From: Oculina patagonica
Lineage: Eukaryota
Direction of reading: 5' to 3'
DNA: 64,000 bases
Assembly: GCF_052425735.1 (NCBI RefSeq)
Contig: NC_135765.1
Span: forward strand, 33,480,001-33,544,000
In this document: positions 36,231 through 49,701 of the stretch, piece after piece
How the letters are laid out: every line of letters begins with the position of its first letter
How positions within the stretch are numbered: position 1 is the stretch's first letter
Made by a program: the position numbers and the translations under genes
Notes under the pieces: model-generated
What the model saw: only the letters and a program-made list of their open reading frames with translations
What the model was told of the DNA's origin: nothing
Database searches by the model: none

Positions 36231-38796
36231 GTAAATTGTCTGCATGTCGAGAACCACACGCGCGGCCCACGCGCGTGGAGAACCTTTGTTTGTCATACAT
36301 TTTCTCGAAAATTTATAGAATTGTGGAATTTGTAATGATAATAGAAAAAATATATTTAGTTTATATAATAAGGTTTAAAATTGTTTTGTGTTTAAATGTT
36401 GCCTACTTAATAAGTTTATAACTTAAAAAGACTCTCACAATAAAAATATAAACGCTTTGTGAAATTTTCGGTCAATTTTTTTTTCTAAACTTGGCGGTTT
36501 CCCTACTTACGATTGTGAAGGTGAAAGAGATATTTAAGATATTAAGATATTTTTGAAATCACACTCTTCCCATATAGAATAGAAAGGGTGTGAACTGAGA
36601 TATGTTGACAAAAAAGGGCAACAATACTCTTTCTTTTTTAAAAAACAATCTGCCTTGTTTCAAATTCATGTCTAGTAGATTTTACGACAACACTTCGGTA
36701 TAAAAACTATGTAAAAGTTATTGTCTCACGATTCTATCGTGAGACAAACGAATAAACGTTCAATTCATTCCTATGCAAAAGTATAGCTTTATTTCTAGGA
36801 AACTAACCCTTCAGAAAATTTCTGAAATAAATTAAGATGCCCCGCAAACCGACGCGGAAAAAATCCAAGCAATTTAGTCCAACATCATAAAGTTCAACTT
36901 GAGTTCTGTGAGTTCAGAATAGATACAAGTTCCTTGAACAGTATTAGACAAATTATGCCATAAATACTGAAAGATAAGGCATAAGATGTTTTTCAGAAAT
37001 GTAGCAAGCCTAACATTTGAATTGACTAATGGATTGTTTTTTATGACTTTTCCCAGGGCCTAATACCTCAGGGGTTACCTCTTAACCAGTGAACTCTGCC
37101 ATTCCCAAAAGTATCTACTACGCCATATCGAGTTCAAAATAAAAGGATAAAACATCCAAAATTCAACTAACAATTAGAAAATAACAGCACCACATAAAAG
37201 TACTGCTCATAAACTTTTATTTTAATGGTCACACACTAGTTTTTTTTCCACAGAACTACTTTGAACGATTTAATTGACAGTAGTACATAAAAGTACTTCT
37301 TAATATGTAGCTTTCATTCGAATGGTCAAGTACTAAAGCTTCATCAACAGACTTCAAAGTGAGAAACACTGACCTTATACAGTATAATAAACAGCACCAC
37401 ATGAAAGTAATGCTCATTAGCTTTTCATTTATTTGAATGTTAACAAACAAGTGTACCATCCATAGGCTAATAGTTGGAACCACTTTGTACAGCATAATAA
37501 ACAGCATCACAAAAATACTACTCATTAGCTTTTATTATAATGGCCATATACTAGGGTTTTATCCACAGAACTAACCAGTGAACGACACAAACAGTACCAT
37601 ATAAAAATGTATTGCTCAATAGTGATGATTACACTGAATAGGGCTTCATCAACAGACTTAGAAAGCTACAATCTTGCATTGGACAAAACCTGTTGAGACA
37701 AATCTAAATTATCCTCGAAAAAACAATATCACACTAAATTCCCAGCAAAAACTGTTATTGTCCCTCTCCCCTCATTCAATGTTTCTTTAAGTCTTCAGCA
37801 AATTCAGTGTAAAGCACATGAAAAACCAAATCAACTTTGACCAGCGAGAAGAGGGATGGAAATTTGCTGTTTAAACATGGGCAAGGGTGTTTTTATATTA
37901 ATGAGTTACGTACAATTGCCTCAACAGTTTTGTCCAAGATTGTAGACTCGACCTCGTCTATTTTTGAACTGTGCTTCCTGACGACAAATATTTTAAATTT
38001 CAAGTACGTTTCTAAAGTACGAAATGGCTCTTGAACTAATAGTAACCCTTGGAAACGCTTAAGGTCTAATTTAGTGCGTCGCATTCAAGTCTGATCATGA
38101 GTAATTGTATATAATTCGACTAAAATTCGCCACCAAAAATACAATACATCCTGCATAGAAACGAATTATTTCTTGCCAACTAATGCAAAGTCTGTTCAGT
38201 AGCCTGCAAGCGATTTGAGCAAATTTTCTGAGAGTCGATATCCATACGCCACGACTTAAATGCCATGTGAAAATTACCTTAACGAGGAGAGAGAGTATCT
38301 TATCTATTTAAAAAAAAATCGATTCAGATATTAGCCTTTTCACGTGCACTTCTGACGCTAAAAATAAAATGTGCCATTCAAAACACACGATAAACCCTAT
38401 CTAAACAATCTTATGAACTTCTAAACATTCGCGAAGGAAAAAGTTCATGGTACTTTAATTAAAGTTTGTAAGCAGGCTCTTAGTTAATTGATCTGTATCA
38501 TGAAAAACTTGATCATTTCAGGCAGTGAGAACTGAGGAAATGAGTATTCTCGTTCCTCGCGAGTGCATTATAGATGCTCCGAATAATCTTTTGACATACT
38601 TAAGTCACTTGACAGAAATATACCCGATATGATGTTAGGGATACCTGTTTTAAGGTTCTAAGAATTAGAGGAACTTGAAGATTCATCGATATTAATGCTA
38701 GTGGTTTAATACTCCGGTTTCTGCACGATGAGGGTACTAGGAATGCATGCCATGAGTAGAATGTAGAACTACCTTGGGTTTTTATTATAGGAAATT

Positions 38797-38806
38797 AAAT
38801 TTTTTT

Positions 38807-38841
<35 letters not shown>

Positions 38842-38852
38842 TTTTTTTTTTT
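38797..38852. repeat. Long poly(T) tract
   Basis: About 50 nt of almost pure T. Confidence 0.9.
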
Positions 38853-39021
38853 ATTTAATTACCCGCAAACTGATTTTACCCGATTGCTCCAACACTAGAG
38901 AGTTTCCGCAAACTAAAAGGGATAAAACAAAACGTCGCTAAACAAAAATTACAATGAATGACTCTGCACGTCAGTTATACATCTTGACGCATTCCTTAGC
39001 TGTCCCGGCCCCTCCCCACAT

Positions 39022-39415
39022 GCGGGGAATGAATTGGTTCGCGGATCGCGGGACGGATTTGGCCTTAAAAGACGCACGGATTGTGGATTTTTGCGATACA
39101 TTAAGCGGATTCGCGGATTTCGAAAATACAGCTGATCGCGGATTAGCTGACTGGGTGAGAACTTTGGGTCCGGAATTCTCATGTCAGAAAGTTTGGTCGT
39201 GGATACTACACGAAGTTCGGATCACTTGATCGGTCTTCGTCGGTATGTTGGCGAATTGCGCAGAAACAAGCAGTGAGACGAAACTTCTTAAACAATTGGC
39301 ATTAAAAACAACATCTTCTGCCCGTTGCAGTGAGACTATACCACACAAAGTTTTTAAGACGGATTCTGTTCGAACGAAAAAAGTGGCGGATCGGCGGATT
39401 TTCATACCCCTATCC
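39022..39415. mobile_element. Probable non-autonomous DNA element with GCGGAT-rich ends
   Basis: GGGGAATGAA start and TTCATACCCC end; repeated GCGGAT motifs. Confidence 0.45.
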
Positions 39416-41814
39416 CATATGACCGCGAAGTAAAATGATCAAATTCTTCGTTGCGCTCATTTGTGAACATCAACATGCGTCTTTACATATTCTGCTATGC
39501 CGTGAGACAGTTCTGAAGGTTTCTGACATATAATCCACACACTGACTAATAGATAAATCAATCGCGAAACTGTTGATAAAAACTGGCGGGTATATAATTA
39601 TCGAATGCTGTCACTTTTTAATGGGGCTTTATCACGGATTTAAACAGATTTTTGAACAGCCAAAATTTACATTTGTGTCGTGGGAAACCTAAAAATTACG
39701 GTCCATTTTTATCAAAAATTGCTATGTTAGAGCTTAACAAGCGTCATTCGCTGTAGATACACGATGGCTAGGATGGAAATGAATTGCAACTTGAAAAATT
39801 AAGGCTTAACTTTTCAAGTTGTTTCCGAGCGTCTTGGTAAAATCAATTTATAGCTGAAGTTTGATTTCTCTCCGCAAATTCAGGTTACATCTTCCTTCAG
39901 ATGTTCAAAGATAATGTTTTTCATGGGTTAGGTTGCCTACCACCAATTTCAAAACAGTTAAGTCCAAAAATATGTGAAATCCCCGTGACGTAACTTCTTT
40001 AATCCGCATCAGTCCTCGTTAAACTCCCTGATGATATCATGCACCCCCCACCCTCACACATTATATGAAAAAATCGGTGGGTGGAAGTTGTTTGTATTGG
40101 CTTTCGCCCGGTTTTTAAACAAAATGAAGTGATATATACGTATAAAATTCCCTTCTACTTCTCGTGACGCAGTTGTTAATTTAGCCTGTATCTCTTTTCA
40201 CCAGCCAAGGGAAAATGAATATTATAAATAAGGTAAACTTTTTCAACAAAACGAACCCGTGATAAAAGGTATGCAGTAAATTCAGCTATATCGAACACTT
40301 CGGAACCACAATTTAGTGTCCGTGATAGAGAAAGTCCGTAATAGTGAGTGCTATTTTTAGTAATGCTTCTCAACCGGTAGAAAAAAGAACCTGTGATAAA
40401 CGGTCAGTGTGTGCCATTCCGGCTTTATCGAACATTTCGCGGGGAGCTACATTTTAGTGTCCGTGATAGAGAAATTCTGTAATAGTGAATGGTTATTTTT
40501 AGTATTTTAAAATCTCCACCGGGACTTCAATTCCTCTCCGCAACAACAGAGTGTCCGTAACAGCGAAGTGTCCGTAAGGCGGGAATTGATTGTAACAAAT
40601 TATTTATACCAGCTTGCCGGGTTTATGCCTGAGAGAACCGCAATTAGCGGGCGAATCGGTTGGCTAGTTATATGGTGTGGCCAAGAGGATAAACTCTGGT
40701 CTACAAATTGAAGAAATCCGGCCAGCTTAGTCCCAGATAACAAAACCAGCGCCCTAAAGCCTGGTTCTCATATGATCGCCCGATCGCTTCTATTGCATCG
40801 ATCGTGTCCAAATACTAAGACGATCGTAGGCGATAGAAGCGATTGAAGCGATCGGGGGTTCTCATATGATGGTCCCGATCGCCTGGTATGAGCGAAACCT
40901 GCAAAAAGCAATCATTTTAGCCCTAGATTCAACACAATGGCAGCTCATATTCTAACTGAAAGAGCAAATACTCCTGGTCTCCTATCTTCTCAGAAATTGT
41001 AGTTTTAAGAACGAGCGAAAGAGAGAGGAAAAAAAAAGCTAGAAGGATAGAACACGGGCGATTCTCACACGATTGCCCCGAAATGCCGCAATACGAAAAA
41101 TCGATTTTATCTTGTTACAGCATAAAAAGTGGACAGAGGTGCGATGGAACCGTCAGCGATTTTCTTCGCTTCAAATCATAAAACACGAATCAAGACACGC
41201 ACTACAAAGAAGCGGAGAGCATAAATCAGCTTGCCTTATAATGCATTTCGTCTATAAGGCATTTTTTTCTGTTTGTAAACACACAAAGTTTTTGGAAGTC
41301 TCCGTTTTGGATAGTATTTTTTTTTTTATTAAACTAACTCACTTAAAATATTTTAATACAACTCTCATTATTCACAATTATATATAGTTACCATGTTCTA
41401 TAAGTTTTAAAAATATCTTTTTGAGTAATACTGTACAATCATCTTTCCTGACAATCAAATAAAGCAACGCCAAGATTATATATCTTGTTGAAGATTATAA
41501 ATAGCATAAGACATAAATAATGTTAAAATAGAAAACTGAAATCGTGCGTTGAATGCATTTTCATTTTTAGGTCAGTTTTTTTTTCTTTTTTTTTTTGGTT
41601 TGTTTCAAATTCAGGGTAGGTCTTCCTGTTTCATCTTTGTTTGCTTGTAGTCGACATGTAAATGTCCGATTACAATGTTATATTTTGTTCGCCCTTAAGA
41701 GCGAATCGTTTTACAAGAACCGCGCATCTAACGTGATCCTTTGCCCTTTCCTGTTATTTTATAAAACAGCTTATTTGCAGTTTTTTAGTTCAATCCTTGC
41801 TGACTCAGTCAGTT

Positions 41815-44571
41815 TTAGACTTCGCTTTTCTCACAGGCTACAGAATCCGGTTTATCCGGGTTCGTGTTCTTGTTAGCGCAATGCTTTTTCTGGTATCTCC
41901 TGTTTTGAAACCAGTTTCTGATCTGGAGTTCAGTCATTTCCAGGCCCCTCGCCAATAGCGTGCGTTCGTCGCGTGTAAGATATTGTTGGCGGGAAAATAT
42001 CTTGTCCAGATATTGGAGTTGACGCTGGGTGAAATGGCTGCGATTCCTGCGTTTCCGTTTCAAAGTATTCACTTTCAAGCACTTCTCTGACTTAGTTTCC
42101 ACTTCGGCTTTCTCGTCCTTTGTTTCATCTAGGAATAAAACATAAGGTATAACGCTTAGAGATTTCTGAAACTCTAACACCAAACCGTATTTAATCAATG
42201 ACTGTTTAAGTTCAAAATGTGTTTATTCTCCGTGATACCTCATTTTAACTGAAGCAATAACAAAGCCATTTTTAATAGTGGATCTTTCGATATAGCTATT
42301 GCGGTTAAATCGAATAATAAGATATGGCTTATTTTGATGAATGTTCCAAAACTCATATTAGTAATAATTTAACTGATTAAGGAGATCTTTACTGACTCTT
42401 CGTTGATCTTGCCGATCGGTGTAAATTTGAGTGCGTAAATTAGAAACTCACGTAAAAACACTCAAGGGAAAAGGAAAAATATTGTATAGAAAATGTCTCT
42501 ATAGCAATCAGTTGCTAAGACAGGCGTTTTTGATATTTTATTGTCTGAAAGCGCGAACAATTAAATTTAGAACGGGAAACTGACTATTAGCCTAGAGAGT
42601 CGCAAGACTCAACTCCTTCTCGAGTATTCTTTAAATTTTAATTGCCAGATTTTAATACAGCCAAATATAGATAGAATTCATGGTGTATTTGCAGCAAGTT
42701 ATTGAGTCGGGGTCAAAATACGATCGGTTGTTATGGGAATATTATACGTACACTAGGTAAAAAAAAGGAGTTAAAATACGGATATAAATGGGTTCTTAAA
42801 AGCCAGTATATAGCCAAACAAACACTTGAATCTCTATAAACATTTGCAAGCGGAAATCAGATACATGAGATTATTTTCGCCGTTAACGTCAATACACACC
42901 CACTCACGCTTAGAAGTGATTTTCCGCGCCCGGCTCACTTACAAAAACAGCATAAATTTATTACTTAGACTTGTTTATCGCGCTTGACGAAAGCATAGCA
43001 GGTCTTAGTAGGGCTAAAGAAAGCACAGCAACTTTAATTCAATGTAGTTAGGTACATTAATGCGAGCTGTGGTATTTTTATGATATAACACGCAAGCGAA
43101 GGTGTATATTTGGTATTGCTCATGGCAACCGTCACGCCCTATTGGGAAATCTACTGAAGCACAACACCACAATACATGTATTATCTGCCAAGCCGGCGTC
43201 GTTACTAAAGATATCTTTGTTGGCAAGGGAATAAGTTTAAAGATTAGAAACAATCTAGGGAAAAAGCAGTGATTTTAACGTTTCGTTTTGAAGTGAAAGT
43301 AAAAGAGAATCTGAAAGCTTCTGAGATTCAATGACGTTTAAGGAAGTTGCACTGGAAAACAGTGCAGCACTGAGGAACCAGTATTTTATGAGTTTTATGA
43401 CCAGTTGTTGAGTGGGCATGATGACATTTCGAGACAATACATGATAAATAAAACTGAGAAATTTGTTATAATGACCTCATCTCCTTAACTTGGGTTAGAG
43501 AGAAGTCGTTACTCCTACGGAGATTTGTTTTCTAACGCTTTGTTCAGTGAAGTCAACAAAAATTTAAAATTGCGTAATTTTTCATGACAAAAATACGATA
43601 GTATAAGAATACTGCAGGTAGGCGTTGTTATAGTCTGGCCAACGATTCTGCTTTCATTACGAAATTCCAACACCATCGCCGTGCAAAGATATAACTGAGT
43701 TTCGGTTTTTCCGCAATCTTTAATTTAATGACGTGAAAGACACCTGACTTTGCTCCTGTTATCAGCAATTATTTCTGTTGTTTTTGATACCTAGAAATAA
43801 CTTAACACGGAATATGGACTATGCCCGGAAAAAGTTCACCTTTAAATTTGGCATTTGTACCCTGTTCGATTTTAGAAAAAAATGTGTACGTGCTTCATAA
43901 ATATAACAATCGGTTTCTTGCCGAGACAAGCTCCAACCGAGAAGGAAATTGGTCAATATATACGTAAATTCTGGACTCTAATCCGTGAAATCCATGCTAT
44001 TTGTCACGCTTTGGGTTGTAAAACAAAGCTTAATCATATGAGCCAAGTTAAGGTTCAACTATGTTTTTAAATAAACACATTATGACTATATACCTAAGTT
44101 ATCCTGTAATCGTTTGATACCCTAATCGGTTAAAACCCAACTCCACGGATTTAAGGTCTTTTTTCTAAGAACTCTAAAAGTCTTAGCTTAATGTTTGATT
44201 AAAATGTGAGTCAATGAATATTTTAGGTTTATTTTAAAATACTTACCGTCGCCCCGAGGTGGTTCAGAGTCTTCGCAGCTCAAGTAGTCTTCTTTAAAGT
44301 TTTTTGGCTGGTCTGAAAATTCTAGCTGTTTTTCTGCATTTACTCTGTGAAATCTTGCACCAACTCTTTGCACAATCGGCACAAAATGCATAAAAACTGG
44401 ACAATAGCGAACTGCACAATAGCGATAAACAGGAGTGCTTGGCCATCTTTCAAAACTTGACGGGTTCGACGGAATACTTGGAACATTTCTTGTCCGTCGC
44501 TGGGAAAAATCCTCTCGTAAAATATTTTCTATCGAAAAAGATAGATTAGTTTTCTGGTGGTGAAAATCCAT
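41815..44571 (-). CDS. NK-like homeobox gene D, complement(join(41815..42128,44247..44571)), 212 aa
   Basis: MDFHHQKTNLSFSIENILREDF; donor G|GTAAGT, acceptor TTCCTAG|AT, in frame; HD ...QIRNWFQNRRYQKKH. Confidence 0.92.
42783..42830 (-). promoter_or_regulatory. Conserved intronic NK/forkhead element, gene D copy
   Basis: Minus strand TTCAAGTGTTTGTTTGGCTATATACTGGCTTTTAAGAACCCATTTAT. Confidence 0.7.
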
Positions 44572-45380
44572 TTGATTAAAACTCGACCGCAACTAAGCCC
44601 CGGCCGTGACCTTACAATAGACAACTTCTGCGGAAAGTGAAAGCTGTTTCGCTAACACATGAATTTTAACTAGGAGTCAGCGATATTTAAAGCAACGGAC
44701 CGCTGGACCTGTCGGGACTCGGATGAAGGATGGTGCTATTTTTAGGAACAAAGAGTTGTTGTTTTTCCGGGCTCACACTTACAAATTTTACCACGCTACT
44801 CGGTAAATTACATCAGTTTAATCCATTATTAAAAGTAACTTTTCCGGGACTGATAGCACTCTGTGGGCAAAGAAATGTTCTCCGAGGTCTCAATAATCTC
44901 TCCTCCAATCACTTCAAAATGTTACAGCGTTTCCGCTGTTACGGCGAAACTGAAAACGGGCAAACAGAAATTTTTTGTTGATTGTGCATTTCGATGAAAA
45001 TGCTCGGTTTGCAGCAAAAACGACACAAAATAAAGAAATCAAAATAATTATTTCCAGGACTCAATACTCCTTTTAATCTAAACAGAGAGAAGTTTGTCGC
45101 CCCCCAAAATCCCGGACTTATGTAAAATGACAGCAATGTATTTGACTATGTGGGTTGTGTTATAAACTCATTTCAGCTCATTCGACACGGTTCAGTTTAC
45201 ATGACGCCTCCCTGGGACAAGCCCCCATATTTTTCGTCATCGTTTCCATTACTAAATTGATATACAATAATTCCTTTGAAAGAGTTATCAAACTAGTTAA
45301 CAGGATAAACATGCACAGGACAATAACAGTGATAGATTACGGTCATTTCAGCAATTTTCTTTGAAGGACTCCATCTGTTG

Positions 45381-45403
45381 GACGTACTTCCGGTTGACGT
45401 CAT
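45381..45403 (-). promoter_or_regulatory. Upstream CRE+ETS composite element of gene D
   Basis: Minus strand TGACGTCAACCGGAAGTACGT vs B TGACGTCACCGGAAGTACGT. Confidence 0.65.
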
Positions 45404-47083
45404 CATTAAAAACATCACGCTTTGTTTGGGTTCAACCCACGCGCGTAGCGTGACATGAACTTCAATCGATTAAAATCACATTTCCGATGTACTTATAATA
45501 ACAACATATTTGCGTTATGATTCTCAGATGAGATCACGAGAAAATCATGAGCTTTTGAGTGTGGGAGACCATGATTCTGCAGAATTCCGTTAACTTTAAA
45601 GGTACAATTTTTAACATCATTATGCCGTAATTAAACTCAGTCTAGCCGCTCCGCCGTGTGAATTTTAATACTCACTGTTGGCTATTGTTTGATTTTTATT
45701 CAGGAGCCGGATAGCTTTAAAACATGCAGGAAGGAAGGAAATATGATGTGTATTGAAACAGCTGTTTATAGCACAACCAAAGAATGGTTAATAGTATGAG
45801 GTCTATGAGATGTCTCGCCAAAACTGACTTAACTGAATCGTCTCGGAATTTTCAGCCGGGGTTCCGCGATTATCATTTTCAAAACTTTGCTTTGTGTCTT
45901 ATTCAATTATCGGGTCAGCCAGCGAAACTCGGCTCGGAAACTTAATTTATATGACGAATTTTCTTTAATTTACAATAGACTTTCTTTGTCGCTTTTATTG
46001 CCCAATATTTTGTAAATATGACATAATTCAACCTTTGGGTTGCAAAGTTATATGAATAAAGTATCTATCTATATATCTATCTCCTTCGGCTCCGCTTTTT
46101 TGAGTCGAAGTGTACATCGGCGCTCCTTATATTTTGAACCAAAAAAATGTTCGTTAATGGTTAAATTTTGGGTACTAAAAATGACTCAGTAGGGCTCGTT
46201 CTCTAGATTGGCGGTCAATCATTACCCTCATAATTATGTTAAAACAAAATAAATGCTTATATTGTTTTCAGTGCAGTTTTATTTTAAAACATGTCTGAAA
46301 CCACCGCCTTAAGCTTGACAAATTTCATCATTTCTAATAAAAAATCATTTTTGGCCGATTTCAGTTTAGAATACTGGCAACTAAATACAGTTTTCCTGTA
46401 CGTCAAGAAAATTAACTGCTTGGCTTTTGTGGCCAAACCCGGCACAAATAAAGCTAAATAACGTAAGAGGATGGGAGCAGTAAGCATTAGGAGAACAATC
46501 AAATAAACTTTAGTTCCTTTAAGGACTTCCTGTCGGTTTTTTAGGCGTAAACAAGCGTAATTCAGATCGCATCCTGACTACAAACAACAAAACAAAGCAG
46601 AACAGGCCAGGGAGCTGTCGCTCCACCTTGACGCAAAAATAAACATTTACTGCATGAATTGCATAAAAACAGAGGCCCTTTTGCACTTCAGACACTTACG
46701 GTTTTCGTTGATGCCTTTTGCGCCTGTCCTTCGATGATCGAAAACGCTCCTCATCGTTTTCATAAAAAACGCACTCTCGTAAATTCACGGCGGAAAACGG
46801 AGCCTCTCTTATCAGTGTGGACGGCCAAAACGGAGGATTTCGTTAACGCTGCTTTTATTTTCTACGATATTCAATTGAAAAAGCGACACTGCCTTGATTT
46901 GGCATCTCGGATGACGTACCGCAACAAAAAGAAAAAGAAACCTAGAACCATAGGACAAGCAAAGTTAAAATAACTTTTGAATATAAACCTACGAGTGTTA
47001 GCTACTGTATCAGCTTTTTCATCAGGAATATTAATATGTGTAGAGCATTTGGAGCTAACGGAACAAATAAATAAACTTGACAT

Positions 47084-47652
47084 AACCTTATTCTTATTTA
47101 TTTTCACAAGAACTAATTTTCGCGATTTTCGCAAATTCAAAATAAATCGCGAAATTTAATACGCGCGAAAAAAAGATTGCGCGAAATTTATGCACACGAA
47201 TATAAATACCATATTATAATATATATCAAAACAATAAAAATTTTAAATGTTTGGAACTGCAACTGTCATCCTTGAAAATATACTGATTTCCGTCTTGTTT
47301 TCGACTAGCACCCTTCCTCTAATTACTGCTTTCTTCAGCTTGTAAATCGGCCAAAACCTCTTTAGTTCAGTCACCAAAGTTTCCGTTTGCAGTCCTTGTA
47401 GTTACTTGAGAAGAGAGGATATGGGAAGAGAGGGAGAGGGAATTGAGCCAGACCTTTGCATATGTCCAGTAATTCCTTAGTCTTTGACGACTGATCGGCC
47501 ATATCACACTGACAAATTCGAATCGCGACACTAATACACTTTTGCTCTACTTTCTTTGCAATCGCGAAAATTAATTAATACTCGCGAAATTCGGCACAAC
47601 ACGAATTTTCGCAATAATTAAGTACGCGCGAAAATTAGTAAGAATAAGGTTA
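47084..47652. mobile_element. MITE with CGCGAAA-rich subterminal repeats
   Basis: AACCTTATTCTTA / TAAGAATAAGGTT inverted ends. Confidence 0.6.
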
Positions 47653-49701
47653 AACGCTTGGTTTAAAGTAACCACTTCAGTGCCTGCATGAAAATTCGAA
47701 AATTGATCCAATTCAACGTTAAACACAAAAGCGCATTCTAAAAGGCGACAACACAGGAAAGAACAGAATTCGTTTATATTGATCATGATGACCAACGCAA
47801 TTGTCTTTAGTCTCGCATGCTTCGCGCCTCATGGAGAGGAAGTTCTCTCTCGGCTACGAAGGAGGCGCAAATTACAGAGGGTCGCTCGTCTTTTAAAAAC
47901 ATCACGGAATCTCATTTGTAGTTCGACCCATTCAGCTTGTCTCTCCCTTATAAACATGTAAAGAGAACTTTCAAAACAAAAAATTAAGTTAGAAACATAG
48001 AAAAATTCCACAATCCGTTTGTCTTGTAAGTTCTCCACATAGCCCACGAATTGGTGCAGAGTTGACGTTGTTCTGCAGATAGCGGCTTCGAAATACTACC
48101 AATATGTATAACGCTCATGCAAAGTTAAATCACTGCTCATGCATGAGTCGCTGGCCTCAGTTTAAAACAGAGCTCGTAGCGCCGACGAGAATTCAGTGAA
48201 GAGTTCAAGCTCTCAACTGTACTGCCAATTGGTGCGATCCCATTAATGTTAACCCTTCGGAGTGTGCTCTCGTAGAATTTAAGAACTCGATTTTGAGTCT
48301 GATTAGAGTTAACAAGTTATCAGTTTAACATATTGAGTATAAAAAATATACTGTTTTCAACTCCTCCATTTTTTTAGAAATACATATTAGCTAGGTAACC
48401 GCTCAGTTGGCCGACCCATCCCAGCTTGTGATCGACCCAAAATGGATTCCCGCGACAAATCAGATTAATTCCAGTGAAGCCTAAATCCGATTTGCCTCAA
48501 AATTGGATTGACTTCACTTTACGCCGTTTCCAGACGTTAGGGCTTGCTACAATTTCCGATCGTACTCAACAAGAGTAAAATATTCACGGGTATATATAAA
48601 AAATCGCTCCCTTATTAGATGGAATCAGTCAATGAAATTTTTGAAGAATTAAAAAAAAATGACAGAGGTATTTTCTCCTGTGGGATGCCTACAGCAGATT
48701 TTCTTCCCTCCATTTGAATTGATAATCAAACTTGCACTGTATATTTTAGCTGAGTATTTTGCAGGACATTGAGTACATTACAATCGGCCGGCAGTCCTGT
48801 TTTCCTTGTTATGATCGAATGTGAGCTTTTCCAGTCAAATAATTGATATCGCCTCAATATGCATGCAATCCAACAAAAACAAGGGACATTTCTCAGTGGG
48901 TTTTTCTCTTGAAGTCCTTAGACATGAAGAGAATGCATGTCACCGCAGTGACTCATCAGGGCATGTACGCACACACGAAAATGTAGCAGGGAGACATGTT
49001 ACAGCGACACGTCCCTGAAAAGCATTAGCACACACGAGGCGATGTGTCGCTGCAACATGTCGCTGAAACATTTTCTTGTGTGAGTGCATGTTGTAATTTT
49101 CACCCTGATACATGCGTGACACACCCTTTGTGTGTGGCAAGACGAGCTAGTTTTGGTGGCAAATAATCCCCAGTCGAACAAGATTGATTTTTGTTAAGAA
49201 ATACCTCATGAAAAATGTCTCTGAAAGAGATTCATAGCTTCTAGATTTCAAACTTTTCTGGAAGGCATACTCCAGAACCCACAAGTAAGATCTTGCCTCC
49301 TCTATATATGGCAAAGGACTGGCTACGGCACTAAACAATGTGTGGAAACAGTTTTCTTCGGAGCATTAAACGATCGAGCGGAACAAGGGGGTGAAACAGC
49401 CCACCCCCAACCCCCCCCCCCCCCCCCGCGCAAACAAATCGTAACAACAATAATGCACTGTATACGGTATCAAATTTATTTATTCACGTTTCCATACATT
49501 GCCAGCCTTAATCAGGCATTATTTCTGTGGAAGATAAACCATTCATTAATCTCAGTCTTCAATTCTATTCAGCACTAATTCATGCGCCAGCGTTATACAG
49601 GAATGAACATCATTCAGTTCTATCTGACACTTTTCAAGCTAGGCACGAATCAAGATCAAATCCATTTTCTCCTGCAAGACATAAAACGTGTAAATCACAT
49701 G

